NCBI GenBank assembly: GCA_965223905.1
Contig: CBDCXV010000009.1
Span: 224,001-288,000, forward strand
Source of the DNA: Candidatus Latescibacterota bacterium
Lineage (GTDB): Bacteria > Latescibacterota > UBA2968 > UBA8231
Reading direction: 5' to 3'
DNA length: 64,000 bases
Shown: in pieces, positions 32,933-42,834 of the stretch
Layout: the number at the start of each line of letters is the position of its first letter
Numbering within the stretch: the stretch's first letter is position 1
Made by a program: the position numbers and the translations under genes
Notes under the pieces: model-generated
The model's input: only the letters and a program-made list of their open reading frames with translations
Told to the model about the DNA's origin: nothing
Database searches by the model: none

Positions 32933-34186
32933 ATGAAACGCGCGGAACTTCTCGAACTGATAGCAGGGGGCGAGAACTCCGGAGTGGAGTTCAAGCGGGA
33001 TGATTTGCGTCCGGAGCAACTGGCGCGGGAGGTGGTGGCGCTCGCCAACTTGCAGGGGGGGCGCGTCCTGCTCGGCGTGGAGGACGACGGCACCGTCACC
33101 GGCATCCAGAGAGACGATCTCGAACAGTGGGTGATGGATTCCGTGTTCGGGCGGGTGGTGCATCCGATGATACTGCCGTTCTACGAGGAAGTTCCGGTAG
33201 ACGATGTACGCCGCGTCGCGGTGGTCACGGTTACGCAAGGTGCCACCAAACCGTACGTCGTCCGGTATCGCGGCAGGGAAGACATCTACATACGGATCGG
33301 CAGCACCTCGCGACTGGCCTCGCGCGAGCAGCAGGCGCGGCTTTTCGCTGCCGGTGGGTTGATTCACACGGAGCTGTTGCCCGTTTCCGGCAGCGGCCTG
33401 TGCGATTTGAGCCGGGAACGGCTGGCGGACTACCTCACCGCAATCGTCGGTGACCGGGAAGTGCCCGAGATCGAGGAGGCGTGGAACGAGCGGCTTTGCG
33501 CGCTGGGTTTCATGGTTGAGCGGGAGGACGGCCCGCCCGCCTGTACGATCGCCGGGTTGATCCTGTTCGGCTATCGGCCGCGTCGCCTGTTGCGCCATGC
33601 CGGTATCCGTTGGATGTGCTTTGAGGGCCGGGAGAAGACCTACGATGCCCTTGACGATCAAGTGATTGAAGGGCCGCTTGTCGATCTTTGGCAGGCGCTG
33701 TCGGGAGGCCGCGAACTGGTGGAAAAAGGGCTGATTGAACGCCTTGCCGATGCAATGCGGCCGTTCGTATCCGAGGAGGCTGGCCAGGTAGGGGAGTCCA
33801 TGCGCCGGGAACGACGCTGGCACTATCCGCTGGAAGCGCTGCGCGAAGGGGTTGTCAACGCCCTGACGCATCGGGACTGGACGCGGTATGAGGAGATTGA
33901 GGTGGTCCGTTATGCGGACCGGATAGAGATACTCAGCCCCGGTGCGCTGCAAAACGGCATGACGGTGGAAAAAATGGTCGCCGGCCAACGGGTTCCCCGC
34001 AATCTGCTCATCTCCGAGACGTTGCGGGACTACAGCTATTCCGATGCACGCGGCATGGGGGTGCGGAACAAGATCATTCCGCTGATGCGGGCGCACAACG
34101 GCGTTGACCCGGAGTTCGAGGCGACGGAGGATTTCTTGCGGTTGACGCTGCGACGAGGCTCGGGGCGAAGGTTGAGTGGGGCCTGA
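32933..34186 (+). CDS. AlbA_2 (Schlafen-like) + HATPase_c_4 protein
   Basis: ENSGVEFK, ALANLQGG.VLLGVEDDG, REGVVNALTHRD, EILSPG, RGMG. Confidence 0.85.
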   Translation: MKRAELLELIAGGENSGVEFKRDDLRPEQLAREVVALANLQGGRVLLGVEDDGTVTGIQRDDLEQWVMDSVFGRVVHPMILPFYEEVPVDDVRRVAVVTVTQGATKPYVVRYRGREDIYIRIGSTSRLASREQQARLFAAGGLIHTELLPVSGSGLCDLSRERLADYLTAIVGDREVPEIEEAWNERLCALGFMVEREDGPPACTIAGLILFGYRPRRLLRHAGIRWMCFEGREKTYDALDDQVIEGPLVDLWQALSGGRELVEKGLIERLADAMRPFVSEEAGQVGESMRRERRWHYPLEALREGVVNALTHRDWTRYEEIEVVRYADRIEILSPGALQNGMTVEKMVAGQRVPRNLLISETLRDYSYSDARGMGVRNKIIPLMRAHNGVDPEFEATEDFLRLTLRRGSGRRLSGA

Positions 34187-34202
34187 AGTGGATGGGGATT
34201 TC
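34160..34202 (+). repeat. Degenerate copy of the hsdM 3' end just upstream of hsdS
   Basis: Translates AKVEWGLKWMGIS vs hsdM ARVEGHLKRMGIS. Confidence 0.75.
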
Positions 34203-34303
34203 CTATGAGTCCAACGTTCGATTTGGGGAGTCGCCCTGCTGGTCCGGAGACGGAGAAATCTGCAACAGGGTCGCGGATTTCCAGCAGCTTTGAGATTCAA
34301 CAA

Positions 34304-35521
34304 ATGAACAACGATCTTGGCGACGGACGCCGTGCGCAATCGGAAGAGGTGCCTGTGGGTTACAAGCGGACAGAAGTGGGGGTGATTCCGGTAAAGTGGA
34401 ACGTAAATAGAATCGACCAAAATACATCCATCAAGACTGGCTCGAAAAATACACAAGACAAGCAGGAGGACGGTGACTACCCGTTCTTTGTACGATCTCA
34501 GGAAGTCGAGCGCATCAGCTCCTATTCGTACGATGGCGAAGCCGTGTTGACAGCGGGTGATGGAGTCGGGACTGGAAAGGTGTTCCACTACATCCACGGT
34601 CGGTTCGACGTACACCAACGTGTTTACCGGATTACCGACTTCTCTGATCGGCTCAATGGCCGCTACTTCTTCTACCAGTTCAGCGCGGGATTCTACAATC
34701 GCATCATGTCCATGACAGCAAAGTCCTCTGTCGACTCCGTTCGGCTGGAGATGATCGCCGGCATGAAGATTCCAATGCCTCCCCTAGGCGAACAACGCGC
34801 CATCACCGAGGCGTTGTCGGATGTGGATAAGTTGCTCGCGGCGTTGGAGGCGCTGATCGCCAAGAAGCGGGCCGTCAAGCAGGCCGCCATGCAGCAACTC
34901 CTCACCGGCAAAACTCGCCTGCCGGGGTTCAGCGGGGCGTGGGAGACGAAGCGGCTTGAGCACATTGTCGATTGTCTCGATCATGTTCGCATACCTTTAA
35001 ATGAAACTCAGCGAGCAGACATGCCGGGTCCCTATCCATATTGCGGTGCCAACGGGGTCCTTGATTACGTGAACGACTTCATTCTTGATGATGACGTGAT
35101 TCTGATTGCTGAGGATGGTGGATACTTTGACGAATATGCCCATCGGCCAATAGCGTATCGTATGTCGGGAAAGATATGGGTGAACAACCATGCACATATC
35201 CTCAAAGCCAAGCGTGGTTATGGTCAGGGGTTCCTGTATTTCTCTCTGGTGCATAAGAATATACTCCCTTACTTGGCTAGCGGAACTCGTGCAAAACTCA
35301 ACAAGTCTGAGATGTATAAAATTGAGATATACCTTCCACTCCATTATGCTGAACAAAAGGCAATCGCCGCCGTTCTCTCCGACATAGATGCCGAGATCGC
35401 CGCGCTGGAACGACGCCGAGACAAAGCTCGCGCCGTCAAACAGGGCATGATGCAGCAGCTTCTTACCGGCCGGGTACGACTGGTCAAAATAACTCGCACC
35501 ACGGAAACCTCGGTATGCTGA
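34304..35521 (+). CDS. hsdS: Type I R-M specificity subunit
   Basis: GYKRTEVGVIP N-terminus, two TRDs, two conserved EQxAI...QQLLTG regions. Confidence 0.95.
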   Translation: MNNDLGDGRRAQSEEVPVGYKRTEVGVIPVKWNVNRIDQNTSIKTGSKNTQDKQEDGDYPFFVRSQEVERISSYSYDGEAVLTAGDGVGTGKVFHYIHGRFDVHQRVYRITDFSDRLNGRYFFYQFSAGFYNRIMSMTAKSSVDSVRLEMIAGMKIPMPPLGEQRAITEALSDVDKLLAALEALIAKKRAVKQAAMQQLLTGKTRLPGFSGAWETKRLEHIVDCLDHVRIPLNETQRADMPGPYPYCGANGVLDYVNDFILDDDVILIAEDGGYFDEYAHRPIAYRMSGKIWVNNHAHILKAKRGYGQGFLYFSLVHKNILPYLASGTRAKLNKSEMYKIEIYLPLHYAEQKAIAAVLSDIDAEIAALERRRDKARAVKQGMMQQLLTGRVRLVKITRTTETSVC

Positions 35522-36054
35522 ACATCTTTGCCAAGTGTCTTCTGGTATCGACATCCTTGTCACCTGTGTTAGGTGCCGTGGCCATAAATCAGTTGGAGTG
35601 TGGTGAGCCATGGACTAACTGGATTTGGTGGATAGTAGTGGCGTTTTTTCTGGTGGCTCTATGTTGGGGACTGTTGAAATATGCTAAAAAAAATGCCCAG
35701 AAGCACTTACTTTATATCAAGGAATTTCAACGCAGGGATCATGAAATGCTCACGTTCCTGTTTATCTATCTGTTGCCCTTTGTCAGATCAAAGCACTCGA
35801 CGTTTGCTAACGAGTGGATCATGAGTGTGTACATTCTGTCAATCATTATCCTAGCCATTGCTCATGCAGGTGCCTTTCATTTCAATCCAGTCATGCGTCT
35901 TCTATTTGGCTATCGATTTTATGCTGTAAAGGATTGTCATGGGGTATCCAATCTTCTCATTAGCAAGACGGACTTGCGGCGATCTGGAAAAGAAGTCCAA
36001 GTGGTGGGACTCGATTGGAACGTTTATCTATACATAGGAGAGTCAGATGCTTGA
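35515..36054 (+). CDS. kwaA: KwaA-like 4-TM protein (Kiwa anti-phage system)
   Basis: Four hydrophobic segments, FLFIYLLP, FHFNP...FGYRFY; AT-rich relative to flanks; coupled to the KwaB-like gene. Confidence 0.7.
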   Translation: MLNIFAKCLLVSTSLSPVLGAVAINQLECGEPWTNWIWWIVVAFFLVALCWGLLKYAKKNAQKHLLYIKEFQRRDHEMLTFLFIYLLPFVRSKHSTFANEWIMSVYILSIIILAIAHAGAFHFNPVMRLLFGYRFYAVKDCHGVSNLLISKTDLRRSGKEVQVVGLDWNVYLYIGESDA

Positions 36055-36982
36055 GAACTTCCATCTTGCGGCGATCATTACACAAGGTACCCAAATGCGC
36101 CTGCTACAGATTCCTCTGCATCAGGCGCTACAGGAGTATCTCGCGGAGAGCTGGCAAACTCAGCTACAGGAGTATCTCGCGGAGAGCCGGAAAACTCAGT
36201 ATGACACATTTGTCGAAGATATACGTGAGGAAGATATACGTGAGATTGATTTCAACATCGGTTACAAATTGGATGAGGGCGAGTGCTTTCGCTTGTCTGA
36301 CTACGAACTGCCTGCCTGGATAGCGGAGGAAAACAGCGAGACCATTCGGAATTTTGATGCGATCGGTACCAATGAGACGTTGATTGATTCCATTAAGGGC
36401 ATGGTGGCATTCGCGCTAAACGACCAAGGAGAGGAGTTGATGCTGTTCCAGAACTTCACCCATTCTCAGGTGATCCGACCGGGCCTATCTCTGTTACTGC
36501 AACACCAGACTTACAAGACCATAGAACACCCAGGGCTGACGCTTGACAGGAAGCTGAGCGCCGTGTATTTGCCTACTGAAGGTAAGTTGCTGTTTCGTAG
36601 CTTCCGCACCGTCAATACCTTCCTACCGCTCGCGGACTTCTATAAAGAAGCATCGGAACAAGAGATTCGAGAAGTGCTGGGGCACGAACTGCTGGCACCA
36701 CAAGACGCGGACGCCCTGGCGGTGGGAGCCAATCAATGGTTCCGTAAGCGGTTCGCTATGCTCAGGGATTCACGTGTGCTCGATCAGTATTCTGCGAGAC
36801 AAATTCAGGAGCGTTCCAACGGATACGACGTTGAGATTCACATCTCACAAGACAAGATTGTCTTCCCAGCTGATAAGCCTACGGCGAAAAAAGTCCTGCA
36901 ATTTCTCAACGAAGAGATATTTCGAGGCGCTATCACGGAAACGCTCTATGAGACCAATTCTAAACGCGAAGCCGATAAATGA
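36047..36982 (+). CDS. kwaB: KwaB-like (DUF4868) protein (Kiwa anti-phage system)
   Basis: FQNF..SQVI, LTLDRKL...LLFRSF, C-terminal FLNEEIFRGAITETLYETNSK. Confidence 0.72.
   Translation: MLENFHLAAIITQGTQMRLLQIPLHQALQEYLAESWQTQLQEYLAESRKTQYDTFVEDIREEDIREIDFNIGYKLDEGECFRLSDYELPAWIAEENSETIRNFDAIGTNETLIDSIKGMVAFALNDQGEELMLFQNFTHSQVIRPGLSLLLQHQTYKTIEHPGLTLDRKLSAVYLPTEGKLLFRSFRTVNTFLPLADFYKEASEQEIREVLGHELLAPQDADALAVGANQWFRKRFAMLRDSRVLDQYSARQIQERSNGYDVEIHISQDKIVFPADKPTAKKVLQFLNEEIFRGAITETLYETNSKREADK
36128..36244 (+). repeat. In-frame tandem duplications in the kwaB-like gene (36 bp x2; 15 bp x2)
   Basis: 36128-36163/36164-36199 (LQEYLAESWQTQ/LQEYLAESRKTQ); gaagatatacgtgag x2 at 36215-36244. Confidence 0.92.
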
Positions 36983-36986
36983 ACCG

Positions 36987-37118
36987 ATGTGGGACCAGCG
37001 GTGGGGCAAGCTGTTTGCGCAACCCGAGTCGGAGGATTTGCTAAAGTGGCTGACCGATGAGACCTTGGCAGCCCACCGGGCAGGGAGAACTCAGCCCGTC
37101 AATATGGAAGAGTTGTAG
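36987..37118 (+). pseudogene. C-terminal fragment of an antitoxin paralogous to 42835-43059
   Basis: DQRWGKLFAQPESEDLLKWLTDETLAAHRAGRTQPV vs DQRWAALFARPESEDLLERLADETLAAHRAGQTRPV. Confidence 0.85.
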
Positions 37119-37158
37119 ATGTGGGCTCCTCCGCACAATCCCCGACTGGGGTGGTGTC

Positions 37159-37241
37159 CGGGACAAAACCGCCACCCTCAGCAGGGCATGATGCCGCAGC
37201 TTCTCACCGGCTGGATGGGGCTGCTCGAACCGGGGCTCTGA
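37159..37241 (+). repeat. Degenerate hsdS 3' end copy
   Basis: cagggcatgatgccgcagcttctcaccggc vs hsdS cagggcatgatgcagcagcttcttaccggc (35441-35470). Confidence 0.85.
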
Positions 37242-37254
37242 CAGAGACGACGAC

Positions 37255-38753
37255 ATGAGTGAGAACCAGAACGTCGAATGGAAAGAGACGTGGCGGGACG
37301 AATACCTGAAGTGGATCTGCGGCTTCGCCAACGCGCAGGGCGGCGTCTTGGAAATCGGCAAGAACAACCGGGGTGAGGTGGTCGGCGTGAGGAACGTTCT
37401 CCGACTGCTCGAAGAGATTCCCAACAAGGCGCAGGCATTGCTCGGCGTCGTGGTGGACGTGAACCTGAGTCGGAAGACGGCGGGGAATACCTGGAAATCG
37501 CCGTTGATCCCTACCCGAATCCGATCAGCTACAAGGGCGAATTCCACTATCGAAGCGGCAGCACCAGGCAGGTTCTCAGGGGCGCGGCACTCAGCCGCTT
37601 CCTGTTGCAGAAATACGGCCGAACGTGGGACGATGTGCCCCTGCCGGGGGTCGGCCTCAAGGATCTGGACGGTCGCGTCTTCGATGGGTTTCGCCAGCGG
37701 GGTGCCGGCAGCGAACGCTTGCCGCAGGACATTCTGGACGAATCCGATGAAGAGGTGATCGAAAGGCTTCAGTTGCGAGAAGCCGGTTTCCTGAAACGCG
37801 CCGCGGTACTGCTCTTTCATCCGGCACCGGACCGGTTCGTGATGGAAGCCTATGTGAAGATCGGCTATTTCCGCGGTTCGGAGCTGCTGTATCAGGATGT
37901 TGTCGAAGGCGATCTGTTCACCCAGGTCGATCGGACGATGGACTTGCTGTACACGAAGTACACGAAAGCATTGATCTCCTACGACGGCGTTTACCGCGTG
38001 GAGACCTTCCCCGTGCCGCGCGAAGCCATGCGCGAAGCGGTGATCAACGCCATCATCCACCGCGACTACGCCAGCCCCACCACGATTCAGATTCGCGTGT
38101 ACGACGACCGGATCGCGATCTGGAATGCGGTGCAGTTGCCGCCTGAATGGACCGCCGATCAGCTTGCCGGGGAACTTTCGTCGAAGCCGTACAACCCGCG
38201 AATCGCCTATGCCTTCTTCCGAGCTGGAATGATCGAAGCCTGGGGACGGGGCATCCGGCGGATCGTGGACATGTGCCGGGAGGCTGGCAACCCCACACCA
38301 GAGTGGAAGCTGGAATCGAGTGGCGATGGTTTGTGGTTGAGGTTCCCGTTCTCCGCCGCGTACCGGGCAGCCGATTCCCCAGCAAGCAGCGCCCCTGCCC
38401 CGAAAACTACCCGGAAAGCCGGGGTCTCTGGAGTTGAAGCCGGGGACCAGTCAGAGTCGCAGCCAGACTGGGGTCGGGTCGGCGGGGTGCAAGTCGAAGT
38501 GCAGGCCCAAGATAAAACTAGGGAGAAAACTAGGGAGAAAACGGAGGAAACCAGGGAGAAAACCAGGGAGAAAATCTTGAACCTGATTGCCGTTGACCCC
38601 TCAATCACCACGACGGAACTGGCGAACCGACTTGGGATCACGCGAAAGGGAATCCAGTGGCAGATCGGCAAGCTGAAGAAAATGGGCGTCTTGGAACGGA
38701 TCGGGCCCGCCAAGGGCGGCCATTGGAAAATAGTGGAAACGGTGGATGAGTAA
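37255..38753 (+). CDS. Second AlbA_2 + HATPase_c_4 + wHTH protein, frameshift near 37468
   Basis: ENQNVEWK, GFANAQGG; REAVINAIIHRDY, IEAWGRG; C-terminal HTH ...ERIGPAKGGHW; one missing A splits the ORF. Confidence 0.8.
38514..38573 (+). repeat. 12-bp VNTR encoding KTRE linker repeats
   Basis: aaaactagggag x2, one variant unit, then (aaa)accagggag x2. Confidence 0.85.
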
Positions 38754-41700
38754 CGTCGGCCAGAGGGAATTCCACGCGCAACAGCGGGTGGTCGAGTTCT
38801 TCCGGGACTCCCTTCGCTACGCCTATCTCGGCCGCTGGCAGGACCGAGATATCAACCGCAACGTCGAAAAAGGCCACCTCACCCGCTGGCTGAAACGCCA
38901 GGGTCACGGCGACGAGATCATCGAAAAGGCGCTGTACGAGCTGGACAAGGCCGCGGCCCTCGGAGGCAGCAAGACGCTCTACGAGGCCAACCGCGAAGTC
39001 TACGGCCTTCTGCGCTACGGTGTGAAGGTGCAGCCCGGCGTCGGCGAGCAGTTCGTCACGGTGTCGCTTATCGACTGGACGGATCCCCGCAATAACGACT
39101 TCGGCATTGCCCAGGAGGTGACCGTCTTCGGGGAGAACAACCGCCGCCCCGACCTCGTGCTCTACGTCAACGGCATCGCTTTGGGAGTGCTGGAGCTGAA
39201 GCGCTCCACGGTATCGGTTGCCGAGGGCATCCGCCAGAACCTCGACAGCCAGAAGAAGGAGTTCATCCAGCCGTTTTTCGCCACGGTGCAGTTCCTGATG
39301 GCGGGCAATGAAACCGAGGGGTTGCGCTACGCCGTCATCGGGACCCCGGAGAAGCACTGGCTGCGCTGGAAGGAAACCGAAGTCGACCCGGACGCCGGGG
39401 ACAGCCCGCTGCTCCGGGAGCTGGGGCAGCTCTGCAAGAAAGAGCGGCTGCTGGAGATCATCCACGATTTTCTGGTCTTCGACTCCGGCGACAAGAAGAT
39501 CTGCCGCCACAACCAGTACTTCGGCGTGAAGGCGGCGCAGGAGCGCGTGAAGCGGCGGGAGGGCGGTATCATCTGGCACACCCAGGGGAGCGGAAAGAGC
39601 CTGACCATGGTCTGGCTGGCCAAATGGATTCGCGAGCATGTCACCGACCCCCGGGTTCTTCTCATCACCGACCGCACCGAGCTGGACGAGCAGATCGAGG
39701 CGGTTTTCAAGGGGGTCAGCGAGGACATCCACCGCACAAGCAGCGGTGCCGATCTGGTGCGTGTGCTCAACAGCCCGGACGAGTGGCTGATCGGCTCGCT
39801 GATCCACAAGTTCGGCGCCTCCGAGGAGATCAGCGAAAAGGACATCGAGGCCTACGTCGACGAGATCGGGAAGAATCTGCCCAGGGGTTTCCACCCGAAG
39901 GGCGAGATCTTCGTCTTCGTGGACGAGTGCCACCGCACCCAGTCCGGCAAGCTCCACGAGGCCATGAAGGCGCTGCTGCCGGGGGCCATGCTGATCGGCT
40001 TCACCGGGACGCCGCTGCTCAAGGAGGACAAGAAGCGGAGCATCGAGACCTTCGGGACCTACATCCACACCTACAAGTACGACGAGGCGGTGAGCGACGG
40101 CGTGGTGCTGGACCTGCGCTACGAGGCGCGCGACATCGACCAGAGCATCGCCTCGCAGGACAGGATCGATCAGTGGTTCGACCTCAAGACCCGTGGGCTG
40201 ACCGACGTGGCAAAGGCCCAGCTCAAGCAGCGTTGGGGCACGATGCGAAGAGTCCTGAGTTCGCGTGAACGGCTGGAGAAGATCGTGGCCGACATCCTGT
40301 TCGACATGGAGACTCGGGACCGCCTCGAGAGCGGCCGCGGCAACGCCTTGCTCGTATCCGACAGCATTTACTCGGCCTGCCGTTTTTTCGAGAGGTTTCA
40401 GGAGCACGGTCTGGCCGGCAGATGCGCCATCGTCACCTCGTACAGGCCGGCCACGAGGGACACCAAGGGAGAGGAGACCGGCGAGGGGCTCACCGAAAAG
40501 CTGCTGCAGTACGAAGCCTACCGGAAGATGCTCGCGGCGCACTTCAACGAGCCGGAAGAAAAGGCGATGCGCAAGGTCGAGACCTTCGAAAAGGAGGTGA
40601 AGAGGCGCTTCATCGACGAGCCGGGGCAGATGAAGCTCCTGATCGTCGTCGACAAGCTGCTGACCGGTTTCGACGCGCCTTCGGCGACCTATCTCTACAT
40701 CGACAAGCACATGCAGGACCACGGCCTGTTTCAGGCCATCTGCCGTGTCAACCGCCTCGACGGGGAAGACAAGGAATACGGCTACATCATCGACTACAAG
40801 GACCTGTTCCGGTCGCTCGAGAAGTCAATCGAGGATTACACCGGCGAGGCATTCGAAGGCTATGACAAGGAGGACGTGGAGGGCCTGCTGAAGGACCGGC
40901 TGAAGCAGGGCCGGGAACGGTTGGAGGAGGCGCGGGAGGCGGTCAAGGGGCTGTGCGAGCCCGTCGAGCCCCCGCGCGACACCGCAGCCTATCTGCGCTT
41001 CTTCTGCGCGGCCGAAAGCGGTAACACCGAACAACTCAAGGAGAACGAACCCAAGAGAGTGGCGTTGTACAAGCTGGCCGCAGCTTTCCTGCGAGCCTAT
41101 GCCAACCTGGCCAACGAGATGTGCGAGGCCGGCTATTCGGACGCCGAGGCGCGGGAGATCAAGGCCGAGGTGGACCACTACGAGAAGGTGCGCCAGGAGG
41201 TCAAGCTGGCCAGCGGCGACTACATCGACCTCAAGCTGTACGAGCCGGCCATGCGGCACCTGCTCGACACCTACATCCGGGCGGAGGAGAGCGAGAAGGT
41301 CTCCGCTTTCGACGACCTGACGCTGGTGCAGCTGATCGTCGAGCGTGGAGAAAAGGCGGTGGACGAGCTGCCCGAGGGTATCCGCAGGCACCCCGAGGCG
41401 GTTGCCGAGACGATCGAGAACAACGTCAGGCGGCTGATCATAGACGAGATGGAGGTCAATCCCAGGTACTACGAAAAGATGTCGGAACTGCTCGACGACC
41501 TGATCCGGCAGCGCCGGCAGGAGGCGATGGACTACAAGGCTTACCTGAAGAGGATCATCGAGCTGACCAGGAATGTCGGCAGGCCGGAGGCTGAGCAGTC
41601 CTATCCTGCGGCCATCAACACCGCCGCCCTGAGGTCGCTCTTCGACAACCTGGAGGAAGCGCATGCCTGGGCGTGGCGAGAAAAGGCATCGAAGGACTAC

Positions 41701-41901
41701 GGCACCGGGACGGATGTTGATGCCAGGGAGGCGCTGGCGCTGGCCCTTGATAGCGCTATTCGCTTGGTGAAGAAGGCGGACTGGCGTGGAAACCGATTCA
41801 AGGAGCGGGAGGTCCGCATCGCCATCAGGTCGGAAGTCGACGGCGACGAGGCCTTTACGGAGAAGATATTCGAGCTCGTAAAGAACCAACGGGAGTACTG
41901 A
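38746..41901 (+). CDS. hsdR: Type I R-M restriction subunit
   Basis: RPDLVLYVNG...ELK nuclease motif, HTQGSGKS, DECHR, GFTGTP, LLTGFDAP, QAICRVNR. Confidence 0.97.
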   Translation: MSNVGQREFHAQQRVVEFFRDSLRYAYLGRWQDRDINRNVEKGHLTRWLKRQGHGDEIIEKALYELDKAAALGGSKTLYEANREVYGLLRYGVKVQPGVGEQFVTVSLIDWTDPRNNDFGIAQEVTVFGENNRRPDLVLYVNGIALGVLELKRSTVSVAEGIRQNLDSQKKEFIQPFFATVQFLMAGNETEGLRYAVIGTPEKHWLRWKETEVDPDAGDSPLLRELGQLCKKERLLEIIHDFLVFDSGDKKICRHNQYFGVKAAQERVKRREGGIIWHTQGSGKSLTMVWLAKWIREHVTDPRVLLITDRTELDEQIEAVFKGVSEDIHRTSSGADLVRVLNSPDEWLIGSLIHKFGASEEISEKDIEAYVDEIGKNLPRGFHPKGEIFVFVDECHRTQSGKLHEAMKALLPGAMLIGFTGTPLLKEDKKRSIETFGTYIHTYKYDEAVSDGVVLDLRYEARDIDQSIASQDRIDQWFDLKTRGLTDVAKAQLKQRWGTMRRVLSSRERLEKIVADILFDMETRDRLESGRGNALLVSDSIYSACRFFERFQEHGLAGRCAIVTSYRPATRDTKGEETGEGLTEKLLQYEAYRKMLAAHFNEPEEKAMRKVETFEKEVKRRFIDEPGQMKLLIVVDKLLTGFDAPSATYLYIDKHMQDHGLFQAICRVNRLDGEDKEYGYIIDYKDLFRSLEKSIEDYTGEAFEGYDKEDVEGLLKDRLKQGRERLEEAREAVKGLCEPVEPPRDTAAYLRFFCAAESGNTEQLKENEPKRVALYKLAAAFLRAYANLANEMCEAGYSDAEAREIKAEVDHYEKVRQEVKLASGDYIDLKLYEPAMRHLLDTYIRAEESEKVSAFDDLTLVQLIVERGEKAVDELPEGIRRHPEAVAETIENNVRRLIIDEMEVNPRYYEKMSELLDDLIRQRRQEAMDYKAYLKRIIELTRNVGRPEAEQSYPAAINTAALRSLFDNLEEAHAWAWREKASKDYGTGTDVDAREALALALDSAIRLVKKADWRGNRFKEREVRIAIRSEVDGDEAFTEKIFELVKNQREY

Positions 41902-41902
41902 C

Positions 41903-42625
41903 GTGGAACGTCAGCAAATCGAAGTGCGCGGCATCTCCGTGGAGGTCGTCCGCAAGGATATCAAGAACCTCCATGTGGGGGTTTACCCCCCGGCGGGCCG
42001 GGTGCGGGTGGCTGCGCCGTTGCGTCTTGACGACGGCACCCTGCGGCTGGCGGTCATCTCACGCCTGGGATGGATTCGTCGGAGGCGGGCGGAGTTCGCG
42101 CAACAGGACCGCCAGTCCCAGCGGGAGATGGTGACCGGCGAGAGCCATTACTTCAGGGGCAGGCGCTACCGGCTCGACGTGATCGACCACGACGGCATGC
42201 CTCGCATTCGCCTGGTCAACAACACCAGAATGGAACTGCGCACACGTCCGGGCGATGACCGGGACGCCCGGGAGGCCGTGCTTCACCGGTGGTACCGCCG
42301 CCAGCTGCGAGGCGAATTGCCGCGGCTTCTGGACAAGTGGGAAAGGACGGTCGGCGTGACCGTGGACGAGGTGCGGATCAAGAGGATGAAAACCCGCTGG
42401 GGCTCCTGCAATGCCGATGCCCGGCGCATCTGGCTGAACCTCGAGCTGGCCAAGAAGCCGGCATCCTGCCTGGCGTACATCCTCGTGCATGAAATGGTCC
42501 ACCTGATCGAGCGCAGTCACAACGACCGGTTCCGGGACCTGATGGATCAATTCATGCCTCAGTGGCATCTGCACAGGGACGAGCTCAATCGCGCCCCGCT
42601 CGCTCACGAAGACTGGTTATACTGA
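41903..42625 (+). CDS. M48/YgjP-family zinc metallohydrolase
   Basis: MKTRWGSC, YILVHEMVHL (HExxH); typical hsdR neighbour. Confidence 0.88.
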   Translation: MERQQIEVRGISVEVVRKDIKNLHVGVYPPAGRVRVAAPLRLDDGTLRLAVISRLGWIRRRRAEFAQQDRQSQREMVTGESHYFRGRRYRLDVIDHDGMPRIRLVNNTRMELRTRPGDDRDAREAVLHRWYRRQLRGELPRLLDKWERTVGVTVDEVRIKRMKTRWGSCNADARRIWLNLELAKKPASCLAYILVHEMVHLIERSHNDRFRDLMDQFMPQWHLHRDELNRAPLAHEDWLY

Positions 42626-42696
42626 AAAAGAAGGCTCATCGGGGTTGGTATGGGCCCGGGCAGCCTGTGTGAGAACCCGGTAGGATTTTTCCCGTC

Positions 42697-42756
42697 GGGA
42701 TTTCGTCGTATGGGAGGGGGTTCGTACCCCTGGGTTCAGTATCTTTTGGAAGAGTG
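42697..42756 (+). repeat. Degenerate copy of the hsdM 3' junction preceding the TA module
   Basis: gggatttcgtcgtatgggagggggttcgtacccctgggttcagtatcttttggaagagtg vs 32313 gggatttcgtcgtgagggagagattcgtcccgttgagttccgtacctttagaagaagtg. Confidence 0.75.
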
Positions 42757-42834
42757 GAAATAGCGGGTAAGGGACGAGAGGCAGCGCATACGTCAACAGC
42801 GTTTGCCCATCAGGACTTGGCAAGGAGGAAACCG

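Noticed and set aside
36128-38573. Short tandem repeats as possible CRISPR arrays
   Set aside because: In-frame coding repeats with no unique spacers and no cas genes
42715-42732. gggggttcgtacccct resembling a tRNA T-arm or att site
   Set aside because: Non-canonical loop and no cloverleaf; better explained as part of the hsdM-junction copy
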